Source of the DNA: Ignavibacteria bacterium UBA2333
Lineage (GTDB): Bacteria; Bacteroidota; Ignavibacteria; Kapaibacteriales; Kapaibacteriaceae
Direction: 5' to 3'
Assembly: GCA_002344895.1 (NCBI GenBank)
Contig: DDUR01000101.1
Coordinates: 64,623 to 128,622, forward strand
DNA length: 64,000 bases
Shown here: in pieces, positions 49,612 through 58,378 of the stretch
How the letters are laid out: every line of letters starts with the position of its first letter
How positions within the stretch are numbered: position 1 is the first letter of the stretch
Position numbers and translations under genes: made by a program
Notes under the pieces: model-generated
The model's input: the letters and a program-made list of their open reading frames with translations, nothing else
Told to the model about the DNA's origin: nothing
The model's database searches: none

Positions 49612-51087
49612 TTGCAAATGGCAACCTCAAAGATGCTCAGCGAAGGCATTACCTTCGACGATGTTCTCCTCGTCCCCCGCTACTCCGAAACACTTCCGCG
49701 TGATGCCGATACAACGGCACACTTAACGCGTAATATCACGTTACGTATTCCCATCGTCAGTGCTGCGATGGACACCGTAACCGAGTCGGCAATGTCCATT
49801 GCTCTTGCCCGTGAGGGCGGAATTGGCATTGTCCATAAAAACATGTCGATTGCACGCCAGGCCGAAGAGATCGACAAGGTCAAACGTTCCGAAAGCGGAA
49901 TGATTCGTAAGCCGATCACGATGCGTGCTACCGACACCGTGGGCCAAGCTCAGGAGCTTATGACGCGATATAAGGTCTCTGGCTTTCCCGTTGTCGATGA
50001 AGAGTTTCGGCTCGTTGGAATCGTAACAAACCGCGACATGCGTTTTGCGAACGACAGATCAGAATCTGTCGAAAACATCATGACGCGTCATAGTCTGATT
50101 ACTGCGCCACTCGGAACAACACTAGAAGGCGCTGAGAGAATTCTCCAGGAACATCGTATTGAGAAATTGCCGATTGTTGATGATCACGGACTGCTCGTCG
50201 GACTCATGACGGTAAAGGATATTCAGAAAAAGAAGAAGTATCCTCGTTCAGCAAAGGATGAACAGGGCCGCCTTCGAGTGGGTGCAGCTGTTGGAATTGC
50301 TGCTGACACGGAAGAACGTGTTCAAGCGCTTGTTGACGCCGGCGTAGATGTTGTCATCGTTGACACGGCACACGGACACACGCGCGGCGTTATGTCGATG
50401 GTTCGTGCTTTAAAAACGCGCTTCTCCTCGCTCGATGTTATCGCAGGCAATATTGGCACTGCCGAAGCAGCAAAGGCACTCATCGACAGTGGAGCAGATG
50501 CTGTTAAGGTTGGTATAGGTCCAGGCTCGATATGTACAACTCGTATCGTTGCCGGCGTTGGTGTTCCGCAGATTACGGCTGTGATGAATGTGGTAGAAGA
50601 GGCCTCAAAACATGGTATACCGGTGATTGCCGATGGTGGTATCAAACAGACGGGTGACGTTGCCAAGGCAATTGCAGCAGGTGCTGACACGATTATGATT
50701 GGCGGTATGCTTGCCGGTCACGAAGAATCACCTGGTGAAAAGGTATTGCTCGAAGGCCGTGCCTACAAGATGTATCGTGGAATGGGAAGTCAAGGGGCAA
50801 TGGGGCAAGGTTCTGCTGATCGGTATTTCCAGGACGTAGAAGACGAGATCAGTAAACTCGTCCCCGAAGGAATTGAAGGACGTGTACCGTTTAAGGGATC
50901 CGTAAGTGACACCATCTATCAGATCGTTGGTGGATTACGTGCGGCCATGGGATACTGTGGATGCGCATCGATTCCGGACATGCAGCGTGATGCACGGTTC
51001 GTACGTATGACGGCGGCCGGTTTGCGGGAATCACATCCGCACGACATCATCATCACAAAAGAATCTCCGAATTACTTTACGCGCTAA
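49612..51087 (+). CDS. guaB: IMP dehydrogenase
   Basis: CBS pair, active-site [11 protein letters not shown] loop. Confidence 0.9.
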   Translation: MQMATSKMLSEGITFDDVLLVPRYSETLPRDADTTAHLTRNITLRIPIVSAAMDTVTESAMSIALAREGGIGIVHKNMSIARQAEEIDKVKRSESGMIRKPITMRATDTVGQAQELMTRYKVSGFPVVDEEFRLVGIVTNRDMRFANDRSESVENIMTRHSLITAPLGTTLEGAERILQEHRIEKLPIVDDHGLLVGLMTVKDIQKKKKYPRSAKDEQGRLRVGAAVGIAADTEERVQALVDAGVDVVIVDTAHGHTRGVMSMVRALKTRFSSLDVIAGNIGTAEAAKALIDSGADAVKVGIGPGSICTTRIVAGVGVPQITAVMNVVEEASKHGIPVIADGGIKQTGDVAKAIAAGADTIMIGGMLAGHEESPGEKVLLEGRAYKMYRGMGSQGAMGQGSADRYFQDVEDEISKLVPEGIEGRVPFKGSVSDTIYQIVGGLRAAMGYCGCASIPDMQRDARFVRMTAAGLRESHPHDIIITKESPNYFTR

Positions 51088-51095
51088 AGCCCACC

Positions 51096-52199
51096 ATGAA
51101 AACCTCCTCACAGCAGACTGCCCGAGTCGAACGTATTGCCGCCCTTCGCAAGGAAATGAAGAAGTCAGGTGTTGATGCCTTTGTTGTTAATCACACAACG
51201 GCACTTCGATACATGTTTGGTTTCTCCGGCTCAACAGCGATGGCCATCGTGACGAAGTCAAAAATCCACTTCTTTACGAACGACCTTTATGCCGTTCAAG
51301 TAGAAAAGGAAGTGACAGGTCTCGACGGACTCACGATTCATATCGACAGGCAATGGTGGAACCTCGTCAAGACGGCAAAACTTGCTGCGAAATGGACAAG
51401 TCTGGGATTTGACCCAACACGTACAACCGTATCTGCACTTGCGGGCATAAAGAAGGCTATCGCACCGGCAAAACTTGTGGAAATGCCTACGGTGACGGAT
51501 CGAATCATTCGCGTAAAGTCGAAAGATGAGATTAAGGCAATTGGCGAAGCAGCCACCATGGCGAGTACAGCCTATGAGATGATGCTCGGACGTGTTGCTG
51601 CCGGAATGAAGGAACGCGATGTGGCAACGATGCTGGCCACGGCAACGCGCGAATTAGGTTCCGAGGCTGACGCATTCGATATCATCGTTGTTGCCGGTGC
51701 ACGCAGTGCCATGCCTCACGGGCGTGCAAGTGATGCCATCATTCGCAAAGGTGACGTCGTAACAGTTGATTTTGGTTGTCGTGTGCGCGGTCTGCATAGT
51801 GACATGACGCGTACATTCTGCATTGGTACACCCAAACAGCAGGTTATGGACGTCTTCGCTGTACTCTACGATGCTCACCTCTCAGCACTTGATGCAGCTC
51901 AGGCAGGTATTACTGCGGGCGATCTTGATGCAGCTGCGAGAAACATTATCGACAAAGCAGGATATGGCGAATACTTCCGTCATTCACTCGGCCATGGTCT
52001 TGGATATGAAGTTCACGAATATCCGCGCGTAGCCCACGGTAACTCAGCAGAGGTCCTTGAACCAGGGATGGTGATCACCATCGAACCGGGTATCTACCTA
52101 CCCGGCAAGTTTGGTATGCGCGTCGAAGACGACGTTGTCATCGGCACCAAAGCTCCCTCCATCCTCACCACTGCACCACGCGAACTCGTGATCGTCTGA
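51096..52199 (+). CDS. M24 family Xaa-Pro aminopeptidase/dipeptidase
   Basis: HGLGYEVHE and EPGIY metal-ligand motifs. Confidence 0.8.
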   Translation: MKTSSQQTARVERIAALRKEMKKSGVDAFVVNHTTALRYMFGFSGSTAMAIVTKSKIHFFTNDLYAVQVEKEVTGLDGLTIHIDRQWWNLVKTAKLAAKWTSLGFDPTRTTVSALAGIKKAIAPAKLVEMPTVTDRIIRVKSKDEIKAIGEAATMASTAYEMMLGRVAAGMKERDVATMLATATRELGSEADAFDIIVVAGARSAMPHGRASDAIIRKGDVVTVDFGCRVRGLHSDMTRTFCIGTPKQQVMDVFAVLYDAHLSALDAAQAGITAGDLDAAARNIIDKAGYGEYFRHSLGHGLGYEVHEYPRVAHGNSAEVLEPGMVITIEPGIYLPGKFGMRVEDDVVIGTKAPSILTTAPRELVIV

Positions 52200-52205
52200 C
52201 CTCCG

Positions 52206-53477
52206 ATGACATACCGAAACGTCCTCGTTCTGGCCTATTACTTTCCGCCGATGGGCCTGAGCGGTGTTCAGCGCATTACAAAATTTGTAAAGTATCTACC
52301 CGAGTTCGGGTGGAAGCCCCACGTTGTAACGACGGGGCCCGTAGCCTATTATGCTCACGATGAATCGCTGCTTGAAGACATTGAAGGCCGCGACGTTGCC
52401 GTGTATCGTACGGCAGGTAAGGATCCGAACTCACTACTGGCGCGCAAAGGCACCATACGGATGCCGCGCGAGATCATTCGGAAAACTCTTAGCCGTATCA
52501 GTAACACTCTGTTTATTCCAGATAACAAGAAGGGCTGGGCAAAACAGGCCATGACAATAGCACGAGAAATAATTGCTCGTGAGAATATCGACGTCATCTT
52601 TGTTAGTGGTCCCCCATTCTCAGCCATGATTGCTGGTGCCCAACTCGCTGAAGAGTTTGGTATCCCACTTGTTGTTGACTACAGAGATCTGTGGTACGGG
52701 AATCAGTTCACCTTTTATCCAACACCATGGCATGCTCATCAGAACAAAGAGAAGGAGTTCGACGTCTTAAAGCATGCATCGCGTGTTACCGTAACGAATC
52801 GACGGATGAAGGAAGTGATGATCACGAACTATCCTCATCTCGCCTTTGATGACGTAATCATCGTTCCGCATGGATATGACTCGGATGATTTTAGCGCATC
52901 GTCGCGTTCATCAGAATCATTTACGTTGACGTATACAGGTACGTTCTACGACTTTGTAACACCTAGGTTTTTTTTCCGTGCTGTTGCGAAGTTTATGAAG
53001 GAACATCCGACGGCTCCACTTGAACTTCACTTTGCCGGAATCCTTCGTGACGAATACGTCAAGATTGCTCGACGTCTTGGTATCGCTGACAGGATTGTAC
53101 ATCACGGATATCTGCCACACCGTGAAAGTACATCACTCCTTCAATCGTCTACCGCTTTATGGATGATGGTTGGCAATGTCCGTAACGCAGATACGGTATC
53201 ATCGGGAAAACTCTACGAGTATTTTGGCTCACGCAAACCACTTCTTGTGAGTGTTGGTGAAGGCGCTCTCCGGAAGGATGCCGAACGTTATGGAGCTTCG
53301 TGGATTACACAGCCGGATGATGTTGACGCCATTGCTCAATCAATCGCAGAGATCTATGCGCACTGGCGCAAAGGCACCTTGCCAACGCCGAACGAAGACG
53401 TTGTCCAAGGTTTCCATCGCCGGACGATTACAGATAGTCTTGCTCGTGTACTCGCGATGGCCACCCGCGTCTCATGA
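52206..53477 (+). CDS. glycosyltransferase (GT4-like)
   Basis: N-terminal YYFPPMGLSGVQR motif typical of GT4-like enzymes; 423 aa. Confidence 0.6.
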   Translation: MTYRNVLVLAYYFPPMGLSGVQRITKFVKYLPEFGWKPHVVTTGPVAYYAHDESLLEDIEGRDVAVYRTAGKDPNSLLARKGTIRMPREIIRKTLSRISNTLFIPDNKKGWAKQAMTIAREIIARENIDVIFVSGPPFSAMIAGAQLAEEFGIPLVVDYRDLWYGNQFTFYPTPWHAHQNKEKEFDVLKHASRVTVTNRRMKEVMITNYPHLAFDDVIIVPHGYDSDDFSASSRSSESFTLTYTGTFYDFVTPRFFFRAVAKFMKEHPTAPLELHFAGILRDEYVKIARRLGIADRIVHHGYLPHRESTSLLQSSTALWMMVGNVRNADTVSSGKLYEYFGSRKPLLVSVGEGALRKDAERYGASWITQPDDVDAIAQSIAEIYAHWRKGTLPTPNEDVVQGFHRRTITDSLARVLAMATRVS

Positions 53478-55511
53478 TCGGTTAACGGCCTCAAGTACGA
53501 TTTCGGCAACGTCTGCGATACGTACATCATCAACACGCTCGGCTGCCTTAACACCGTCCGTAATCATCGTTGTGCAAAACGGACAGTTCACAGCAATTGT
53601 CGCTGCGCCAGTTTCCAGTAGTTCCTGTGTACGTACGATGTTGACACGATCACCAACGTGTTCTTCCATAAACATGCGTCCACCACCAGCACCACAACAG
53701 AGACCACGGTCCTTGTTCCGTGGGGCTTCAAGAATGGTTAAGCCAGGGACATTCTCGAGTGTTGCCCGTGGAGCTTCATACTCGTCGTTGTACCGACCCA
53801 GATAACATGAGTCGTGATACGTGATGGTATCGTTTGATACCTTTGAACGATCAATATTGAGTCTTCCCGAATCAATGAGTTCCTTGATAAACTGCGTGTG
53901 ATGTTTTACGTCGGCTGTATATCCAAACTCAGGATACTCGTTTCGTAATGTGTTAAAACAGTGCGGACACGTCGTGACGATATTCTTGATGTCATATCGC
54001 CGGAACGTTTCAATGTTTGTCTTGGTGAGCATGTCAGCGAGGTATTCATTACCCGTTCGACGTGCCACGTCTCCTGTGCAGTTCTCCTCAGTACCAAGAA
54101 TTCGGAACTCAACTCCAGCGAGCGTCATGAGCTCGGCAAAGGCCTTGGTTACCTTCTTAGCCCGTTCATCGTACGAACCAGCACATCCTACCCAGAACAA
54201 GACTTCCATTGTCGGGTCTTCAGCAACAGTCTTTACACCAGTACCCTCCGTCCATGCAGCACGGTCCGACTGTCCAAATCCACCCCACGGTACGGAATTC
54301 GTTTCCATGTTACCGTAGATGTCTGGAAGCAGCGCAGATTCATCATTAAACGCCGATTCCATCATCACCATACTTCTGCGCATGCCAACAATTGCAGGCA
54401 CATGTTCAATATTCACCGGGCATTCTTGCATACATGCGCCGCACGTTGTGCAGGCCCACAATGCATCAGGATTAACGTAGTCACCAATGAGCTTTTTATC
54501 CCAAATGGCCTGTTCTTCCGTGGTTAACTCCTGACCTGCATTCTTTTTTAGTACCAGTGGGGCCTTATCAATCGTTCGATCATGAATGGCAATAATGATA
54601 CCCCGTGGATCCAACACCTTTCCCGTTTGGTTGGCCGGACAAACACTCGTACAGCGTCCACAATGTGTACATGTATATCCGTCGAGTAACGACTTCCACG
54701 TCAGGTCTTCAACATCAACAACGCCAAACTTCTCGATGCCTTCTTCTTCAAAGTTTATGGGCTTCATGGCATTTGTCGGGCCAAGAGGTCCAAGGAATAC
54801 ATTAGGTATCGACGTTAGTACATGCAGGTGCTTTGAATACGGCAGGTAGTTCATAAAGCCCAGGATCAGCACTGCATGTGTCCACCAGGCAAACGAAAAA
54901 ATCACGTGTGGTGCCGACGAACCAGGTTCAAATAGTGACGCTAATGCTTCTCCGAAAGGGGCTGAAAAGGGGCGAACAGCCCACTGGAAGTCTTCACCAA
55001 ACACTGAGGCACGGAGTCCGTTCTGGATAAAGAGTGCCGTAACAATCGTAAAAATTGTCAGCAGGATGAGACCGGCTTCAACCTTCTCACCTTCCACCTG
55101 CAAACGACGTACCTTGGAAACGTATCGTCGCCACAGTGACATCATCGTACCAAGGATAATTAGCACACAGAAGATGTCCGTGAGAATTGTTATTCCTGAG
55201 TAAACAGGTCCCAGGAAGCTAAAGGACCATCCTTCATGGAGACCTTCAAGGATCATCTCTGCTGCACTAAACAACAGGACCAAGAAGCCCCAGAAGATTC
55301 CTGCGTGAATCGGGCCAGCTACTTTATCGCGCAGAATCTTGCTCTGTCCGAATCCAACGACAAGTACCGTACGGATACGTTCTCCAAGTCGGTCCCAACG
55401 TACGTCAGGTCGGCCGATACGTAACCAATCGATCAAACGTTTGGCACTTCGAGCGAAAACGCCGATGGCTGTGAGAAGAACGAGAATGAAGATGATGTTC
55501 TGTACGGTCAT
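53472..55511 (-). CDS. fused membrane cytochrome-b (NarI/HdrE/DsrM-like) + HdrD/DsrK-like Fe-S protein with two CCG domains
   Basis: N-terminal 5-6 TM helices with conserved His; two 4Fe-4S CxxCxxCxxxCP motifs; two CCG-type Cys-rich domains. Confidence 0.7.
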   Translation of the reverse strand: MTVQNIIFILVLLTAIGVFARSAKRLIDWLRIGRPDVRWDRLGERIRTVLVVGFGQSKILRDKVAGPIHAGIFWGFLVLLFSAAEMILEGLHEGWSFSFLGPVYSGITILTDIFCVLIILGTMMSLWRRYVSKVRRLQVEGEKVEAGLILLTIFTIVTALFIQNGLRASVFGEDFQWAVRPFSAPFGEALASLFEPGSSAPHVIFSFAWWTHAVLILGFMNYLPYSKHLHVLTSIPNVFLGPLGPTNAMKPINFEEEGIEKFGVVDVEDLTWKSLLDGYTCTHCGRCTSVCPANQTGKVLDPRGIIIAIHDRTIDKAPLVLKKNAGQELTTEEQAIWDKKLIGDYVNPDALWACTTCGACMQECPVNIEHVPAIVGMRRSMVMMESAFNDESALLPDIYGNMETNSVPWGGFGQSDRAAWTEGTGVKTVAEDPTMEVLFWVGCAGSYDERAKKVTKAFAELMTLAGVEFRILGTEENCTGDVARRTGNEYLADMLTKTNIETFRRYDIKNIVTTCPHCFNTLRNEYPEFGYTADVKHHTQFIKELIDSGRLNIDRSKVSNDTITYHDSCYLGRYNDEYEAPRATLENVPGLTILEAPRNKDRGLCCGAGGGRMFMEEHVGDRVNIVRTQELLETGAATIAVNCPFCTTMITDGVKAAERVDDVRIADVAEIVLEAVNRS

Positions 55512-55593
55512 GATGTTGCTGTCCCTTGATGCTGCCCCGAATGCGCGAAAATACCCAAAACGCTACCTTTGTTCCCGCACTCATCTCTACTCC

Positions 55594-56871
55594 ATGTCAA
55601 GATTCACCACGGCCGAAGAAGCCATTGCCGCTGTACAGTCTGGAAACAGGCTCTATCTCCATAGTGTGGCAGCCGTTCCGCACGTCCTCATCAGCGAACT
55701 CATTCGACAAGCTCCGCGTCTAAAAAACGTTGAAATTGTCCATTTGCACACGGAAGGTCCAGCCCCTTATACAGCCCCTTCCTATGCAGATAGTTTTCGT
55801 GTGAACTGTCTTTTTATCGGCGCAAACACCCGAGCAGCCGTCCAAGAAGGACGTGCAGACTACACACCAGTCTTTCTGAGCGAGATACCTGGACTCTTCC
55901 GTAGCGGCTTATTGGACGTCGATGTAGCCCTCATACATGTGAGTCCGCCGGACAAACATGGCTACTGCTCCCTTGGTGTGACCGTTGAAGCAGCGCATGC
56001 AGCCCTTAACACGGCTGAAGTTGTTATCGCCCAGGTAAATCCACAAATGCCGCGAACACATGGAGATGCTCTGATTCATGTTGATCGTCTTACCTACATG
56101 GTAAAGGTTGACGTTGAAATTCCGGAGACACCTCCACCTCATCTCGGTGACGTTGAACGGGCCATTGGACGTCACGTTGCAACGTTGGTCAATAACGGAG
56201 CGACACTTCAGATGGGCATTGGAGCCATTCCTGACGCTGTCCTTCGCGAACTTCATGGCCATAAGGATTTGGGAATTCACACGGAAATGTTCAGCGACGG
56301 ACTCATCGACCTCGTTGAGTCTGGTGTCGTAAATGGCCGCTGTAAGACTATTCATCCCAATCGTATCGTTGCCACGTTCGTGATGGGATCACGTCGTGTT
56401 TATGACTTTGTTGACGACAATCCAATGGTCACCATGCTGGATGTCGCCTACGTAAACGATCCGACCGTTATTGCACGGAATCCACAAATGACGGCTATCA
56501 ATAGTGCTATCGAGGTTGACCTGACAGGTCAGGTATGTGCCGATAGTATCGGTACGATGCCCTACAGTGGTGTTGGCGGTCAGGTTGACTTTATTCGAGG
56601 AGCAGCTGTATCTGAGGGCGGGAGACCAATTATCGCTCTGCCGTCGCGCACATCAAAGGGAGTGTCTCGAATCGTATCAATGTTAAAACCAGGGGCAGGT
56701 GTGGTAACATCTCGAGCACACGTGCACTACGTTGTAACGGAACATGGTATTGCCGAACTCCATGGACGCACGATTCGCCAACGCGCAGCGTCACTCATTT
56801 CCATCGCACACCCAGACGACCGAGAGACACTACTTCGGGAAGCTCGCGATGTTCACCGACTACGACTATGA
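55594..56871 (+). CDS. acetyl-CoA hydrolase/transferase family CoA-transferase
   Basis: Start MSRFTTAEEAIAAV; family-wide signatures (GIGAIPDAV, ..GGQVDF). Confidence 0.8.
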   Translation: MSRFTTAEEAIAAVQSGNRLYLHSVAAVPHVLISELIRQAPRLKNVEIVHLHTEGPAPYTAPSYADSFRVNCLFIGANTRAAVQEGRADYTPVFLSEIPGLFRSGLLDVDVALIHVSPPDKHGYCSLGVTVEAAHAALNTAEVVIAQVNPQMPRTHGDALIHVDRLTYMVKVDVEIPETPPPHLGDVERAIGRHVATLVNNGATLQMGIGAIPDAVLRELHGHKDLGIHTEMFSDGLIDLVESGVVNGRCKTIHPNRIVATFVMGSRRVYDFVDDNPMVTMLDVAYVNDPTVIARNPQMTAINSAIEVDLTGQVCADSIGTMPYSGVGGQVDFIRGAAVSEGGRPIIALPSRTSKGVSRIVSMLKPGAGVVTSRAHVHYVVTEHGIAELHGRTIRQRAASLISIAHPDDRETLLREARDVHRLRL

Positions 56872-58205
56872 CCAACAAAAAATTTGTGACGGTTCTTTCA
56901 CTCGCATTGTCAGCGTCACTCTCAGCTCCAGGTACGGCGCAGACAGTAGGCACGGCCATTACGCCACCACCACAAGGCATAACCACAAGGTCACTTCGGG
57001 CTGACGTGATCACCGTTCGTGGTCCCGTCGGTGATCCACGCATACGAGCGGATGTCTACGTTGTGATTCCGTACGAGTCGATGCAGTTCGAAGCCGTAGC
57101 CACGAAGTATGCGGCATCTTGTACAACACACGTCATCGTACGTGACAGTGCTGGTCGAAAACAACTCGATACAATCGTTACCCGTAGAACTGTTGAATCT
57201 GACTACACGGTCACGCGTGGTGCCACTGGCAGTGCAGTTGTCGTTGTCGTTTCGTCGCTTCTCAACGTTGGATCGTACAAGGCAGATGTGATCGTTCGGG
57301 ATGGATTCTCTCGGCGAGAAACGTCATTACAAGTTCCAGTAATTGTGCCTGATCTCTTGAACGATGTACCTACGTTAAGCACGCCGATGTATGTCACTGA
57401 AATCGAGCAGAAGGGCGACAGGTATCGAATTGTTCCATCTATCGGTGATGTTGTTGACCCTGATCTTGGCCGCATCTTCACGTTCTTTGAGATCTACACC
57501 GATAGTATCGGCAAGACGTTTGCCACGTCATGGAATGTTCGATCAGCTGATGGACGTGTACTCGGAACTGGCACTGGTCCCAACGTATCCTGTTCAACAC
57601 GAGCTGTGCAAACCTTCATTCCCGTGAACATTTCATCGCGACCGATTCCTGGTCGATACGACTTAACAATACAACTTCACCCGGTGAATGCCGAGGGTCA
57701 AGCTGATACAACGCGAATCGAGGGTAAGCGAACCCGACCCTGGATTGTACCTCGTTCTGCCCGGGGAACGGTCCTCACAGACCTCGTAAAGGCCATCCGT
57801 CAGCTCGTGTACATTGCAGAACAGAAAGACCTTGACTACATCGACGGTGCGACAAATGATCAAGACCGTGAGGCTCGCTTTGAGGATTTCTGGAAGCGTC
57901 AGGATCCAACACCTGGAACTGTCCGTAACGAAGCTTTTGATGACTATTATAGTCGGATAGAAGCAGCAAACAAACGATTTACCAGTTATGCCGATGGCTG
58001 GATGACTGACATGGGTCGCATCTTTGTTGTCTACGGTGAGCCAACACAAATTGACCGCGGCTCGTCGGTAAATGGTGTGACAGTTTGGGTACGGTGGACC
58101 TACACAAACGGCCAGCAGTTTGTCTTTGAAGACTCAACGGGATTCGGCGACTTTCGTCTTCGAACGCCAGTTTCACTAAGTGTAAAGTATAAGTACCGTC
58201 GTTAA
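56868..58205 (+). CDS. GWxTD domain-containing secreted protein
   Basis: Signal peptide; C-terminal FWKRQDPTPGT..Y..R...A...F....GW.TD.G motif; start overlaps CoA-transferase stop (ATGA). Confidence 0.7.
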   Translation: MTNKKFVTVLSLALSASLSAPGTAQTVGTAITPPPQGITTRSLRADVITVRGPVGDPRIRADVYVVIPYESMQFEAVATKYAASCTTHVIVRDSAGRKQLDTIVTRRTVESDYTVTRGATGSAVVVVVSSLLNVGSYKADVIVRDGFSRRETSLQVPVIVPDLLNDVPTLSTPMYVTEIEQKGDRYRIVPSIGDVVDPDLGRIFTFFEIYTDSIGKTFATSWNVRSADGRVLGTGTGPNVSCSTRAVQTFIPVNISSRPIPGRYDLTIQLHPVNAEGQADTTRIEGKRTRPWIVPRSARGTVLTDLVKAIRQLVYIAEQKDLDYIDGATNDQDREARFEDFWKRQDPTPGTVRNEAFDDYYSRIEAANKRFTSYADGWMTDMGRIFVVYGEPTQIDRGSSVNGVTVWVRWTYTNGQQFVFEDSTGFGDFRLRTPVSLSVKYKYRR

Positions 58206-58316
58206 CCCGGTGAGTTTCTCTCCCGGTGATTCTCTCTCCCGGTGAGTTTCTCTCCCGGTGATTCTCTCTCCCGGTGAGTCTCTCTCCCGGTGAGTCTCTC
58301 TCCCGGTGATTCTTTC
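58206..58316 (+). repeat. 16-bp tandem repeat cccggtgaKtYtctct x7 beginning right after the TAA stop of 56868-58205; member of the CCCGGTGA family
   Basis: Read directly. Confidence 0.9.
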
Positions 58317-58324
58317 CGAATACG

Positions 58325-58363
58325 AAAAGAGCCGATACTCCGTGTGGAGTATCGGCTCTTTTG
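58325..58363. terminator. bidirectional rho-independent terminator between convergent genes
   Basis: aaaa-gagccgatactcc-gtgt-ggagtatcggctc-tttt. Confidence 0.85.
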
Positions 58364-58378
58364 TAATCGACGTATTGC

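Noticed and set aside
58206-58316. Considered whether this array and the other tandem repeat arrays (10471-10555, 12925-12970, 35540-35677) are CRISPR arrays
   Set aside because: The units are 14-20 bp, directly abutting with no unique spacers, and there are no cas genes. They are simple tandem repeats.
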